Below are positions 1 to 12,229 of a DNA stretch of 64,000 bases, one piece after another. The stretch lies in NCBI GenBank assembly GCA_951406725.2, contig OX597815.1, positions 165,292,001-165,356,000 on the forward strand, read 5' to 3'. Position numbers and translations under genes: made by a program. How positions within the stretch are numbered: the stretch's first letter is position 1; each line of letters starts with the position of its first letter. Source of the stretch: Octopus vulgaris. Its lineage: Eukaryota. The notes beneath the pieces were generated by a model, which was not told where the DNA came from, did not search any database, and saw only the letters and a program-made list of their open reading frames with translations.

Positions 1-11
1 ATATATATATA

Positions 12-233
12 ACGTGAGGTATTTTTGCTACCTAAATGTGGACGATGCTACTGTAGTTTATAGCCCCAGGAAGACATCTCCTCCAGCTGGCTAACGACAC
101 ACTGTCTGTGCCCGATCAGTATTTGCAAAGTGAAATCATCGTCCCCCTCTCTAGCCTGACATGATACACACGGACCCGAGTTTTTGAGTAGTAACCCGGC
201 GTCAGCGTGTGACAATCACCGGTTAGGGATGAG
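12..233 (-). mobile_element. Partial copy of the hammerhead-containing non-coding repeat also at 47613-48084
   Basis: The reverse complement aligns with 47860-48080 (cagacagtgtgtc..agccagctggaggagatgtc.tcctggggcta..aactacagtagcatc). It abuts (TA)n at the window start. Confidence 0.75.
167..211 (-). ncRNA. Degenerate type I hammerhead ribozyme
   Basis: Minus strand reads cacacg-CTGACGc-cgggttactactca-aAAA-ctcggg-TC-cgtgtg. Stem I is a perfect 6 bp, but two core substitutions suggest it is inactive. Confidence 0.6.
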
Positions 234-259
234 ACGTGATCTCGAACACAAAATACTAC

Positions 260-282
260 ACACATACGCGTGCGCACACACA

Positions 283-376
<94 letters not shown>

Positions 377-400
377 TACACACACACATACACACATACA
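260..400. repeat. (CA)n microsatellite, representative of dozens of (TA)n/(CA)n/(TATG)n/(TATC)n/(AAT)n/(TTC)n tracts
   Basis: Directly visible simple repeat. Confidence 0.98.
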
Positions 401-411
401 TATATGCATTT

Positions 412-590
412 AGGCAGCGAGCTGGCAGAATCATTAGCAGGCGAAATGCTTAGAGGTATTTCGTCCGTCTTTACGTTCTGAGTTTAAATTCCGCCGAAGT
501 CGACTTTCATCCTTTTGGGGTTGATAGATTAAGTACCAGTCAAATATTAGGGTCGATGTGATGGAATTTCAGGCCTTGTGCCTATTGTAG
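412..590 (+). mobile_element. tRNA-derived SINE, family B (ggcggcgagctggcagaatcgttagc...gagttcaaattcc...ttcatcctttcggggtcgataaa)
   Basis: A-box- and B-box-like head. More than 15 dispersed copies in the window, e.g. 19860-20070, 22871-23080, 41666-41885, 58463-58655, 61835-62005. Confidence 0.85.
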
Positions 591-603
591 AAATAAGTAA
601 AAG

Positions 604-637
<34 letters not shown>

Positions 638-1307
638 CAACTAATAAGGGTGAGAAAATTGGATACTAATTTAATAGTACCATCAATTTAACACCAAGTG
701 GCTTAGTGCATAAAAACCAGGAATACAATAAATTTTATACGTAAATATAAGAGAGTGACCACTATGTGGTCGACACTAGCACTAAAAATAGATCCGCTAC
801 GGTTTCAGCCACAAAGAATTGTCTCCGATGAAAGTTAGCACAACTATTAGCGTAAACGAACAGTTATAAAAAATAACTTGTTTCAGTCTTCAGATTGCAA
901 CCTTGTTGAAGTACCGCTTTGAAGGAGTACCGCGTTAAATAGATTAATTTGATCACAGGACTTACCTGTTTTGAAACTTGGTATTTATTCTATCGGTCTC
1001 TTTTGCGGAACCGCTTAATTATGGGACCGTAAACAAACCAGCAGCCATTGTCAAGCGGTGGTTTTGGACAAACAGGGATACAAAAGCACACATATACTCG
1101 CACACGCGCGCGCACTCACACACATGCACACACATACACACGCATACGTATATATATATATACAACGGGCTTCTTTCAGTTTCCATCTACCAAATTCGGT
1201 CGGCTAGGGGTTACAGTAGAAGACACATGCCGAAGGTGCTACGCAGTGGGACTGAACCCGGGACCACGTGGTTCCGAAGCAAGATTCTTACCACAGAGAC
1301 ACACACC

Positions 1308-1403
<96 letters not shown>

Positions 1404-1423
1404 CTATATATAGTATATGTATA

Positions 1424-1508
<85 letters not shown>

Positions 1509-2032
1509 TGCTTACAGGGACAAACGCACACACCTACACACCTACGTACATATATCTGTATCAGCGTAAGCACGACAAGATTCATGTGGACATTTTCGCA
1601 ACAATTAATCCTTTTATCTTTTCTCATCTTCCCTCCTCTCCTATCATTTAACGCTTTATTTGGAAGAACACAAATGTTCGAAAGGTCATAATTAACTCTG
1701 TCTGTTTCTCTCAGCGTCCAGTTAATAATTTTGATTCTGAATATAAGCCGCCTTCTTATTTTCCTTATTTTGTTGTATGATATATGTATATGTATACACA
1801 CACACACACACACATATATATATACGTTTAAATATTTGTTGTGCAAGATTTTTTATGAACATATATAAACAGAAGATACAAATATTACAGGCATCCCCCC
1901 ACATACACACACTAAATAAACATAAACGTACATAGAGATATAAGCATGCGCAAATGAAGACATACAATAGAGATACAAAATGGCTGACGGTTAGTAAGGA
2001 GAGACACAAATAAGAAAGAAGAAAACAAAGGA

Positions 2033-2072
2033 CCACTGATGCGGTCACAGGAGTGTGACGAAAGAACTCTGG
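2033..2072 (+). ncRNA. Minimal type I hammerhead ribozyme (one core variant)
   Basis: cca-CTGATGc-g-gtcaca(ggag)tgtgac-GAAA-gaac-TC-tgg. Stem II is a perfect 6 bp, stem I is cca/tgg, and A9 is replaced by C. Confidence 0.6.
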
Positions 2073-2193
2073 CCGAAATAAAATTAAGATTAATGTAAAA
2101 AATAAATAACACTGAAGCAAAATAACACCAAATATATAGTGCGTGTGTTTATATTGGCTAAACTGGCAAAATGACCATTCCGAAATATAACAA

Positions 2194-2227
<34 letters not shown>

Positions 2228-2256
2228 CGAGAAAGAAGCAACAAGAATGGATTAGT

Positions 2257-2347
2257 TTTTAGTACAATTGTTTCATACAAAGACAGGCTTTATTACAAGT
2301 TGCAAAAATTGCAGCAGATAAAAGTGTCCCGTACTCATCAGCTAAAA
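2257..2347 (-). ncRNA. Type I hammerhead ribozyme with long stem II and palindromic stem III
   Basis: Minus strand reads ttttag-CTGATGA-gtacgggaca...tgtctttgtat-GAAA-caattg-TA-ctaaaa. 6-bp stem I, intact core, ACAATTGT palindrome, GUA cleavage triplet. Confidence 0.8.
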
Positions 2348-2563
2348 TACATATGAGTTCTCTAGACATCTTAGTGGGTGAGGTTATACTCATGAAATAT
2401 TGGAGATAATTCCATTAGAAGCAGATATAGGTTGTAAACAGTTTTCAAAGTTCATTAATGATGATGCACAGTCTTATCACAGATTTTAAAAAACTTATTA
2501 GTTTCGAAGAGAAGATGAATCAATCCATGGTGTAGATTTAAATTTCCAGAGATATTTAAATAT

Positions 2564-2597
<34 letters not shown>

Positions 2598-2599
<2 letters not shown>

Positions 2600-2952
2600 A
2601 AGCCTGCTTGCTCCCTCGGTTGTTGTTCGTCGAGACGGCGTGACAACCTGTTCAGAATTATCTTCGTGAACAGCTTGTACACGTGAGACAGCAGGCATAT
2701 GGGTCGGTAGTTCTTTAGATCTTCTCTGTCGCCCTTCTTATACAGCAGGATGGTATTTGACTCTTTCCACTCCGAGGGAATTCTTCCCTCGTCTAGATAG
2801 TGCGTAAATCGCTCAGCGAGGATTTTCCAGAGCTGCTCTCTGCCTGACTTTAGCACCTCTGATGTTATACCGTTTTTCCCTGGAACCTTTCCGTTTTTCA
2901 TCGAGCTGATGGCTCTTTCAACCTCACTTTCTACCGGAAGAACTACAGCACA
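2598..2952 (-). CDS. Inverted N-terminal part of RTE reverse transcriptase (partial)
   Basis: EVERAISSMKNGKVPGKNGITSE..W..SNTILLYKKGDREDLKNYRPICLL..QQPREQAGF, which directly precedes the MDHIF segment in RTE RTs. Confidence 0.9.
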
Positions 2953-4074
2953 ATGGACCATATATTTGCTCTAACGCAACTGCTTGAGCGAGCAAATGAG
3001 TACAAGCTGCCTCTTTGCGTTGCGTTTATAGATTATGAGAAAGCCTTCGATAGCGTCGAAACCAACGCAGTGCTGAACTCGCTGCAGAGGCAAGGAATCG
3101 AAGCGAAATATGTGCAGCTGCTCAGAGAGGCAAATTCCGGATGCACCACCGACATAGCTCTACTGTCATCACCCATGCAAGTGCCGGTCGAGAAGGGAGT
3201 GAAGCAAGGAGATACAATCTCCCCAAAACTTTTCACCGCATGTCTCGAACAGATCATCAGAGGCATCAAATGGCAAGGTGGTGTCAACATCAATGGCGAG
3301 CTCCTCACTCACCTCTGTTTCGCTGACGACATCGTACTCATCGCTGAAAACATGGATCAGCTTCAGACCATGCTGACGGAGCTCGACATCAAAAGTTCTG
3401 CAGTAGGTCTCAAGATGAACCGCATGAAAACAAAGTTCATGCGGTCAGACAACGTACCAACAGGTCGAATGGTGATCGGCAGTGATGAAATAGAGGAGAT
3501 GAGAGAATATGTCTACCTGGGACAGGAAGTAAATATGTGCCAGGATATCAAAAAGGAGATCTCACGGAGAGTAAGGGCCGGATGGAAAGCATTCAATGGC
3601 ATAAGGGATGTGCTCAAGGGAAGGTTGGACAGGACCACCCGCGCCAACCTCATTAACAGTGCAGTTCTGCCTGCAATGTTATATGGTAGTGAAACATGGG
3701 CTACCACAAAGAGAGAAGAGCAAAAACTGATAACGGCTCAAAGAGCCATGGAAAGGTCAATGCTTGGTATCTCATTGAGAGAGCACATAAATAGCAACAT
3801 CATCAGAAAGAAGTCCGGCGTGAGAGATGTCATCGCAGAGTATACTCGCAGCAAGTATAGATGGGCTGGGCACGTCGCCCGGCTCACCGATAATCGGTGG
3901 ACGCACGCAGTTGTCGAGTGGTACCCGCGTGAGCGTAAAAGACCACCCGGAAGACCTCCACGACGGTGGAGTGACGATTTCAAGAGGACGATTGGGATCA
4001 CGTGGATGAGAAAGGCACGATCCAGAGAGGAGTGGACAGCGTGCTGTGACCAGCGGTGTCAAATGGACGCCTGA
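2953..4074 (+). CDS. RTE reverse transcriptase C-terminal portion (373 aa, uninterrupted, partial)
   Basis: Motifs FIDYEKAFDSV, GVKQGDTISPKLF, FADD, YVYLG, YGSETW, WAGHVAR, and the RTE-typical R..GRPPRRW C-terminus. Confidence 0.95.
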   Translation: MDHIFALTQLLERANEYKLPLCVAFIDYEKAFDSVETNAVLNSLQRQGIEAKYVQLLREANSGCTTDIALLSSPMQVPVEKGVKQGDTISPKLFTACLEQIIRGIKWQGGVNINGELLTHLCFADDIVLIAENMDQLQTMLTELDIKSSAVGLKMNRMKTKFMRSDNVPTGRMVIGSDEIEEMREYVYLGQEVNMCQDIKKEISRRVRAGWKAFNGIRDVLKGRLDRTTRANLINSAVLPAMLYGSETWATTKREEQKLITAQRAMERSMLGISLREHINSNIIRKKSGVRDVIAEYTRSKYRWAGHVARLTDNRWTHAVVEWYPRERKRPPGRPPRRWSDDFKRTIGITWMRKARSREEWTACCDQRCQMDA

Positions 4075-4287
4075 CGGACTGGTCAGTCAAAGTGATCAAC
4101 GTGATATATATATGGATATGGATAAATGCAGGTATGTATGTATGTATGTATGTATGTATGTATGTATGTATGTATGTATGTATGTATGTATGTATGTATG
4201 TATGCATGCATGCATGTATGTATGTATGTATGTATGTATGTATGTATGTATGTATGTATGTATGTATGTATGTATGTGACAACATAT

Positions 4288-4448
4288 GACGTAGGAGTGG
4301 ATGTGTGGTAAGAAGCTTGCTTACGAACCACATGGTTCCCGGTTCAGTCCCACTGCGTGGCCCTTTGGGCAAATGTCTTCTACTAGCCTCGGGCCAACCA
4401 AAGTCTTGTGAGTGGATTTGGTAGACGGAAACTGAAAGAAGCCCGTCG

Positions 4449-4483
<35 letters not shown>

Positions 4484-4695
4484 TTGTGTTTGTTTGTGTG
4501 TATGTGTTTGTCTCCACTACATTGCTTGACAACCGATGCTGGTGTGTTTACCTCCCCGTAACTTAGCGGTTCGGAAAAAGAGAAAGATAGAAAAAGTACT
4601 AGGCTTACAAAGAATAAGTCCTGGGGTCGATTTGCTCGACTAAAGGCGGTGCTCCAGCATGGCCACAGTCAAACGACCGAAACAAGTAAAGAGTA
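4288..4695 (+). mobile_element. tRNA-derived SINE, family A, with internal (TA)n(TG)n
   Basis: Head ggagtggctgtgtggtaag..ggttcagtccc, central ccttgggcaagtgtctt-like motif, tail ...gactgaaacaagtaaaagag. Near-identical to other copies. Confidence 0.9.
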
Positions 4696-5067
4696 GTTAG
4701 GATGTTGCATCCAGGATCGCACCACCGGGTGGTGCGTTGCATTGTGTTCTTGAGCAAAACACTTCACTTCACACTGCCCTTCGATTGCTTCGACACCTGT
4801 GGTACACCGTGCACCTGTTCAGGCAACGTTCGATTTGATGGAGAGCGTGAGCTAATGTGCGGCACAGACATATGATCACTATGAATAAATCGTTTGAGCA
4901 GGTTGTTCGGCAAGAAATTGCAGAACTGTCTTTCTCAGACTACGAGAGACTACCATTATGTATATCTTAGCGAATATGTGCGCGCGCATATAGATAAAAA
5001 GACAAATTAAATTAGCAAAAATTAAAAAAAATAATTGTATATGTTCGTGTATGTGAGTATCCGTATG

Positions 5068-5114
<47 letters not shown>

Positions 5115-5140
5115 TTTGTATTTATGCGCTATCTGAATAT

Positions 5141-5198
5141 ATTCCACTGATGAGGCAAAGCATTTCTTATGCAGAGTCAGAAATCCAGGATCTGGAAT
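5141..5198 (+). ncRNA. Type I hammerhead ribozyme
   Basis: attcca-CTGATGA-ggc(aaa gcat ttctt atgc aga)gtc-a-GAAA-tccagga-TC-tggaat. 6-bp stem I and intact core, in a short segment between (TA)n tracts. Confidence 0.75.
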
Positions 5199-5341
5199 TA
5201 TCCAGTAATCTTTTGCTAGTTTATTTTGTCTTCTCTCCTGGTGCTGTATGAACATTTAAAACATGTGGTTTTAGAGTCAAGTTTTGGCTGCTATTTCCAG
5301 CTTGGTGGTATCGCTTAGATACCCTAAATCATAATTTTAAT

Positions 5342-5381
<40 letters not shown>

Positions 5382-5781
5382 ATATATGCATATTTATGTA
5401 AGTATGTATGTAGGTAAGTACGAACGTACATACATATATATATGTGTGTGTGTATTTATAAATTTTCGATCTCAAAAGAGTTAGTTGTTCGGAATAATGT
5501 AGAGTTAATTAATTCATAGTGTATTTCCAATATGCAAACATTTGTTCAAATGTTCAGCAATTGACTCAAGTCAAATCATTGTCAAAATAGCGATAAAAGA
5601 ATTTTCTTTATTAGCTCTAAATTTACAGTTCTTATATGCGGCAGATGAGCTAAATGAAGGAGAGACACGTATTCGTGGATATAGATGTACTTGACATTGT
5701 GTTCACTCAAATACAAGAATCTTTGTTATAACTGTTGTAATGGAAATACCGTATTTGAATAACGGCACGCGTATATTATGA

Positions 5782-5852
<71 letters not shown>

Positions 5853-6047
5853 CATACACACACACATACATACATACACACATACATACATACATATATA
5901 CATACATACATACATACATACAGATATATATATATATATATATTGATAGAAATGGCAAGACAACAAAAGAATGAAAGAGACCTCGATATTATGTAAAGAG
6001 ATGAATTTATCTGATTATATATAAATATATATATTATATATATATAC

Positions 6048-6105
<58 letters not shown>

Positions 6106-6736
6106 CCATATATATATGTGTGTGTGTATATATATATATATATACACACATATATATATACATTTATATATATGTAATGCACACACACACACACGTATAT
6201 ATATATATATATGTACATTTATATCTATTATGAATATTTATATATTATTCTTATACACACACATATACACGCACAGTCACACACACACAATCACACACAC
6301 ACAAACACACACACACACACACACAGAAATCAATAATGGAATATTAAAAATAATAATAACTAAACAACAAAAGGTCGTGCACATGGAATGATTAGTTCGA
6401 TGCTCATTAAAGGAATTAAAAAGAGAGGGATTTTGACGTAAATATATAATGCTGTTTATGTATTGTCTCTGGAATATCATTGTAAATGCAAATGATGCTG
6501 TTTTTCAAACGCACACGTTTACAAACATGCTTTTATATGATGAGGCCATGATCCTTCAAAATCCACTCACATGGGTTTTGTCGGCCCGGAGCTATAGCAG
6601 AAGACACTTGCCTAAGGGACCACGCTGTGGGACAGAACCCAGCGTGGCACATTAGGCATGTGACTTTTTCTATAGCCTTAGGCCGACTAAATCCTTCTGA
6701 ATGGATGTTGGTAGAAGAAAATTGAAAGAAGCCTGT

Positions 6737-6779
<43 letters not shown>

Positions 6780-6810
6780 ATATATATACATACACACACA
6801 CGCACACACA

Positions 6811-6847
<37 letters not shown>

Positions 6848-7410
6848 GTGCGTGTGTTTATGTTTTCTCCACCTACTACTTGTTTGTGTTGGTGTGTTTA
6901 TGTCCCCGTAACTTAGCGCTTCGGCAATAAGAGATTGGTAGAATAAGTTAAAAGGAAAAATGTATTGTAAATACAGAAATGACTAGTAAAATACATTTAA
7001 GGTATATTCAGCGCACAAAAGGACGGAAGACAGACACAGAAGGTCCCTAATTCTTCATCAGTTAACAACCTGATGGTATTACTCAGTTTCGTACCAGTCA
7101 TGATAAGATTGAGAGGCTTACTATACTGGCGGTACCCGCAAAATTTGCGGAGAATATAGAGTCGAAAGCAAACAACACATGGATACAAGCGATACAGAAA
7201 TGGATACGAAAGTGAATAAGTGTAATTTAAGACGATGTACGAATGACAAAGACGAAATAAATAAGAAACGGACTAAATATCACCTCAAGGTCAAAATAAT
7301 ACGAATGGTAATGTTTAGAGGGACATCCTAAAGGGTTAGAGAAAGAAATATCAAGATATGTGCCAGTGAGACACAGAATTTTGGACCGGTGATCTACACG
7401 ACCGATGTAC

Positions 7411-7464
<54 letters not shown>

Positions 7465-7592
7465 AAGTAGATAAATGAATTATCTTATTACGGATTATTC
7501 AAATGATAACCGATACCTGGGTAGCAAAAATCACAACAGAAAATAATAAAAAGGAATTTTGTTAAATCTTCGTTCAGCTCCATTTCTTCCTA

Positions 7593-7627
<35 letters not shown>

Positions 7628-7950
7628 TATATATATATATATATTATTTTCTTTTATCGAACAAATCGACCTCAGAACTTATTCTTTGTAAGCCTAGTAC
7701 TCATTATATGAATCCTTTTTGCCGAACCGCTAAGTTACAGTGATGTAAACACACAAACATTACTTGTCAAGGGATGGTGGGGTTAGCAACACAGAAACAC
7801 ACACACTCACACATATACGCATACGCACACACACACACACACATACACGGGTTTGTTTCAGTTTCTGCTTACCAAATCTACTCACAAGGCTTTGGTCGGC
7901 CCGAGGCTACAGTAGGCGACACGCAGTGGATCTGAACCCGGAACCATGTC

Positions 7951-7991
<41 letters not shown>

Positions 7992-8024
7992 GTATGTATG
8001 TATGTATGTATGTATGTATGTATG

Positions 8025-8083
<59 letters not shown>

Positions 8084-8115
8084 CTAGAAGACATACCCGG
8101 TGTTGCTCGGGATTA
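8084..8115 (-). mobile_element. Helitron 3' terminus remnant
   Basis: Minus strand has the cccgagcaacaccggg hairpin followed by CTAG, the same terminus as at 48167. Confidence 0.55.
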
Positions 8116-8317
8116 AAATAGCTTAGTTTTTTCATTGTCTTATTTGTTTCAGTCAAGTGACTGCAGACATTCTGGAGCAACGCTTTTAGCCGAAGAAATC
8201 GAACCCAGCATTTATTCTTTGTAAGCTTAGTACTTATTCTATCGGTGTGTTTTGCCAAACGGCTAGGTTACGAGGATGTAAACACAGCAACATCGGTTGT
8301 GAAGCGATACATAGCTT

Positions 8318-9421
8318 ATGTATTACCAATACATAGGCCAAACAAAAAACAGTCTACGTAAAAGGATGGCTCTGCACAGATCTCAGATCAAATTTCTCCA
8401 AAACAGAAAAACAGCATTCAGCCAACACATCGACATTTGCGCCAATAACAAAACTCCAAGCTTCAGAATTTTTTCCCTCTACCGATTCAGGGACGATACA
8501 ACTTGTAACCAACGAATTATTAAAGAGACATTTTATTACAAAATACAGATCGCTTTCGAACGTATCCACAACAAACGATATATCCACCACGGCCTTCAAA
8601 TAATACAAACATACACGCAAATATTAATAATGATACACTCAAGAGATTCACAAGAATTCATTAAAAATAGTCCCAATCACTACTTTAATCCATAACGAGT
8701 CATTTTTAGGTCACTTTGATCATTTAACATCCTACTACTATCATACCACCTACATTCCCTCTTATTCTCCATTCTTCTTCTTTTTCTTCTTCTTCTTCTT
8801 CTTCTTCTTCTTCTTCTTCTTCTTCTTCTTCTTCTTCTTCTTCCTCTCAGTTACGTCCTTCCTAACTTCACTATTGCTGTTTAGAATAACACCTACGCAA
8901 ATTTTATAAACAAAACATTCAAAAGAGATGTCTCCAGAATTCAATCACTACTACCACCCAGAACAAGTCACTTTCAGGGCACTTGACCATTTAACATTCT
9001 ACTACTATCACGGCACTCCCGCATTTTTCTTCTCTTCCTCTTTCTTTTTCTTCTTCTTTAGAATAACACCTTCTTTTCTTCTTCTTCTTATTTTTCTTCT
9101 TCTTCTTCTTCTTCTTCTTCTTCTTCTTCTTCTTCTTCTTCTTCTTCTTCTTCTTCCTTGTCAAGAATTCACAACGATATCGAACCCACAAGTGTAGACA
9201 GAGTAAAACCCACAAGAGAACCAGAGACAGGCAGAAACAAGGAAAATGCCCCTTGTATTTGAATACTATGCAAATATTCTTTTAAAAATCGTTTCTTTTA
9301 ATTTTTCCAAAATTTTATTGTTTTCCATACTTACCGTTGAAAAAGTCTGAATGACTGAAACCGGTGCTGAAATGTTTTTTATAAAATTATTCTATCATTT
9401 TCTGCCTTGTCTTTTTTCCAA
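8318..9421 (+). mobile_element. Penelope-like element 3' fragment: GIY-YIG endonuclease, duplicated (TTC)n-rich 3' region, degenerate hammerhead
   Basis: YIGQTKNSLRKRMALHRSQI..HIDICA..RIIKE motif. Degenerate HHR at about 9331-9370 (ccg-tTGAAaA-agtc tgaat gact-GAAA-ccgg-Tg). Ends at (TA)n. Confidence 0.75.
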
Positions 9422-9979
9422 ATATATATATATATACACACATACATATATATATATATATATAAATTTGTATGTAAATATATAATACTATTTATGTATT
9501 ATTTCTGTATGTATTTTCGACGAAATGGGTTAGATTGAATGGATGTTAGAAAGCCGGTGTCTTAAAGTTGTTATCTGAAGCAATATCTTTGTAAATACAA
9601 ATTATTCTATTTTGAAAGCACACGTTTACAAACATGCTTTAATGTGACGAGGCCATGATCCTTCATGAGAATCAAAGCCGAGTTAGGTAACCCATGATAC
9701 ACCAACGCATAATTTACTATGTATATGAATCCAGATACACCAAAAAAGAGGTAAAGAACAACAAGAAAAAAAACTGGCACTATGGACCAGCTTAAACTGT
9801 CACATAGAGATGAACATCTATATTGTCCAGGGAAGAAGCTATATATCTTCATTATTTGAAAATACTTGGGGGTATATAAATATGCACGTAGATATTCTTT
9901 TATATATATATATATGTTGTTCTTTTCTTCTTTTACTTGTTTCAGTAATACGTGGATATTCTATGTTTACATATATATA

Positions 9980-10022
<43 letters not shown>

Positions 10023-10104
10023 GAAGAAATAGCTAACGCAGATTGAACAGAAATCGTTTTATATATGTATATGTTATATATTATATATTATATATATATA
10101 TATT

Positions 10105-10735
10105 CAGGTGCGGTGAATTGAATAAACTGTCGTTTAAATTATGCAAAAATGAAAATTATACTGACTTTTAATTTTAATACATATATTTACCAAAATTACA
10201 TTTAAATATCTTGAAATACTAAAGAGTAAAATCATTCAATAAAATTGCCATTGGCTTCAACCACAACTTCGGAATCTCCTGCAACACTTCTTGATAGACT
10301 CTTTGCTTAATTTCATCAATGCTGCCGTAATCCTTGCCTTTCATATTTGGTGTTACAAGGAGTTTTGTTGGTCTCTCCACACATTATAATCAAGGAAGGT
10401 GCAGTCTGCGGAGTTAGGTGGCCAGATGTTAGGGGTGATGTGGTCACAGAAATTGTATAACAGCCATGACTGGGTTCTCCTGCCTGTGTGGCATGGTGCA
10501 GAGTCCTGTTGCCAGACATAGGGTCTTTCTGTAGTCATCTTCTTCACCCAGGGCAGCACTACCTCCTCCAGGCATTTGATGTAAGCCTACGTGTTGAGTC
10601 TGAGGCCTTATGGTAAGATGAATGGAGGCATAACGTCGCCATCACTAGTGATCACCCCAAACGCCATTATGTTGACTATGTTTAATTTTGATCACTGTCA
10701 GTATATGTCCTCAGATTGCACTGTTCTTAGATTGA
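10105..10735 (-). mobile_element. Tc1/mariner (maT-like DDxD) transposase relic
   Basis: YVWQQDSAPCHT..WPPNS.DC..LDY motifs with frameshifts. Confidence 0.8.
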
Positions 10736-10920
10736 CATCTAGACACCCTGAAATGTTCGTATTGGAGCTTCCAACGCGAATACATACTTACACACACACG
10801 CGCGCACACACACACATAAACATATATAAACATATATTGATATATATTCATATGCACATGTATACATGCATATGTGTGCATATAAAGATGTACATGTGTG
10901 TATGTATTATATATATATAT

Positions 10921-11133
10921 ATCACCTTGATCACCTTGACCGACCAGTCCGTCAGGCGTCCATTTGACACCGCTGGTCACAGTACGCTGTCCACTCCTCT
11001 CTGGATCGCGCCTTTCTCATCCACGTGATCCCAATCGTCCTCCTGAAATCGTAACTCCACCGTCGTGGAGGTCTTCCGGGTGGTCTTTTCCGCTCGCGCG
11101 GGTACCACTCGACAACTGCGTGGGTCCACCGAT
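10921..11133 (-). mobile_element. 5'-truncated 3' end of the same RTE family as 2598-4104, in (TA)n
   Basis: Reverse complement closely matches 3890-4104, with tail caaggtgat caaggtgat. (TA)n on both sides. Confidence 0.93.
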
Positions 11134-11206
11134 TATATATATATATATATATATATGACTAAATGAAAGAATGGAGTCGAACGAAGATGTTAACAAAATT
11201 CCTTTA

Positions 11207-11288
11207 CTCTCGACACATGTTTCGAAGACAGCATATTTTCATTCCGAAGGAATAAAGGGTGCATTATGCAATCTTCTCATCAGGAAAG
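11207..11288 (-). ncRNA. Type I hammerhead ribozyme with extended stem II
   Basis: Minus strand reads ctttc-CTGATGA-gaagat..gcata..ttattcc(ttc)ggaatga..tatgc..gtcttc-GAAA-catgtg-TC-gagag. Intact core, G-C closing pair, GUC site. Confidence 0.82.
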
Positions 11289-11752
11289 AAAAGAAAAGGA
11301 GCCTCTCTCAACAACAAGACAAACAAAAATTTCGATGATTGCCTACATGGTAACCAAAGCGATAATGAGTGTTTTTTAAAAAAAATCCGTTATAATCATT
11401 GACATCAAAAATAGATAGTAGGAGGAAGTAAAAATAGGTAGGGGACAGTATGTTTGCTGTATGTATGGAAATGTGTGGGTGTGTGCTTGTGTTAATGAGT
11501 ACGTGTGCTTGTGTGTGTGAGTATGTATGTGTGTATATAACTGCATTTGTGTCTGTGTGTGTATTCGTATACAATACACAAATTTCTACACATGAACCCG
11601 GAGTTTCTACTCTTGACAGGTCGCTTCAACCGTGTTTTCTGACGTGAATTTGCTACCCAGGTTTCGGTCAAACGAATTTTCCATGCTGACAATAAACATA
11701 GGATAATTCCTTCACCTACTTAAATATATATATATATATGTATGTATTTATG

Positions 11753-11829
<77 letters not shown>

Positions 11830-11830
11830 T

Positions 11831-11873
<43 letters not shown>

Positions 11874-11906
11874 AATATTAGGGAAATTTCTACACATGAA
11901 CCCGAA

Positions 11907-11955
<49 letters not shown>

Positions 11956-12229
11956 TAGATAGATAGATATAGATATAGATATAGACACGCGTGAATGTGT
12001 GTGTGTGCGCGCGCACGCGCGAGTTTATGAATATAGTCTTCGTTGGAAAAACGTTAACTCCAATTTAACTCCAACAAAAAAGAATTCATTGGCAGGTATA
12101 TTTGTTTAAATACAATATATCTATTGAAACTGGGGGCGTTGATTATTCTGCCTAGGTTTCATTTTAAGATTTTCTTTAAAAACAACCTTCTTGAAAAATT
12201 ATTTTGAAAAATCGCGAGACAAAACTTAT

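Larger units (their letters stand above)
2598..4104 (+). mobile_element. RTE-clade non-LTR retrotransposon, 5'-truncated with 5' inversion, in (TA)n
   Basis: The RT is split: minus strand 2598-2952 (K.PG.NGIT..NYRPICLLSH.YKLFTKI..EQAGF) and plus strand 2953-4074. The 3' tail has 9-bp tandem repeats (caaagtgat caacgtgat). (TA)n lies on both sides. Confidence 0.93.

Noticed and set aside
7040-7100. Minus-strand GAAA...CTGATGA order suggesting a type II hammerhead (also ~51265-51310)
   Set aside because: Convincing stems I and II could not be formed. Probably the tail of a decayed repeat family.
9632-9696. TGACGA-ggc...gcc-GA hammerhead-like trace (partial copy at ~6506-6558)
   Set aside because: Too many core and stem I mismatches to call without a family consensus.
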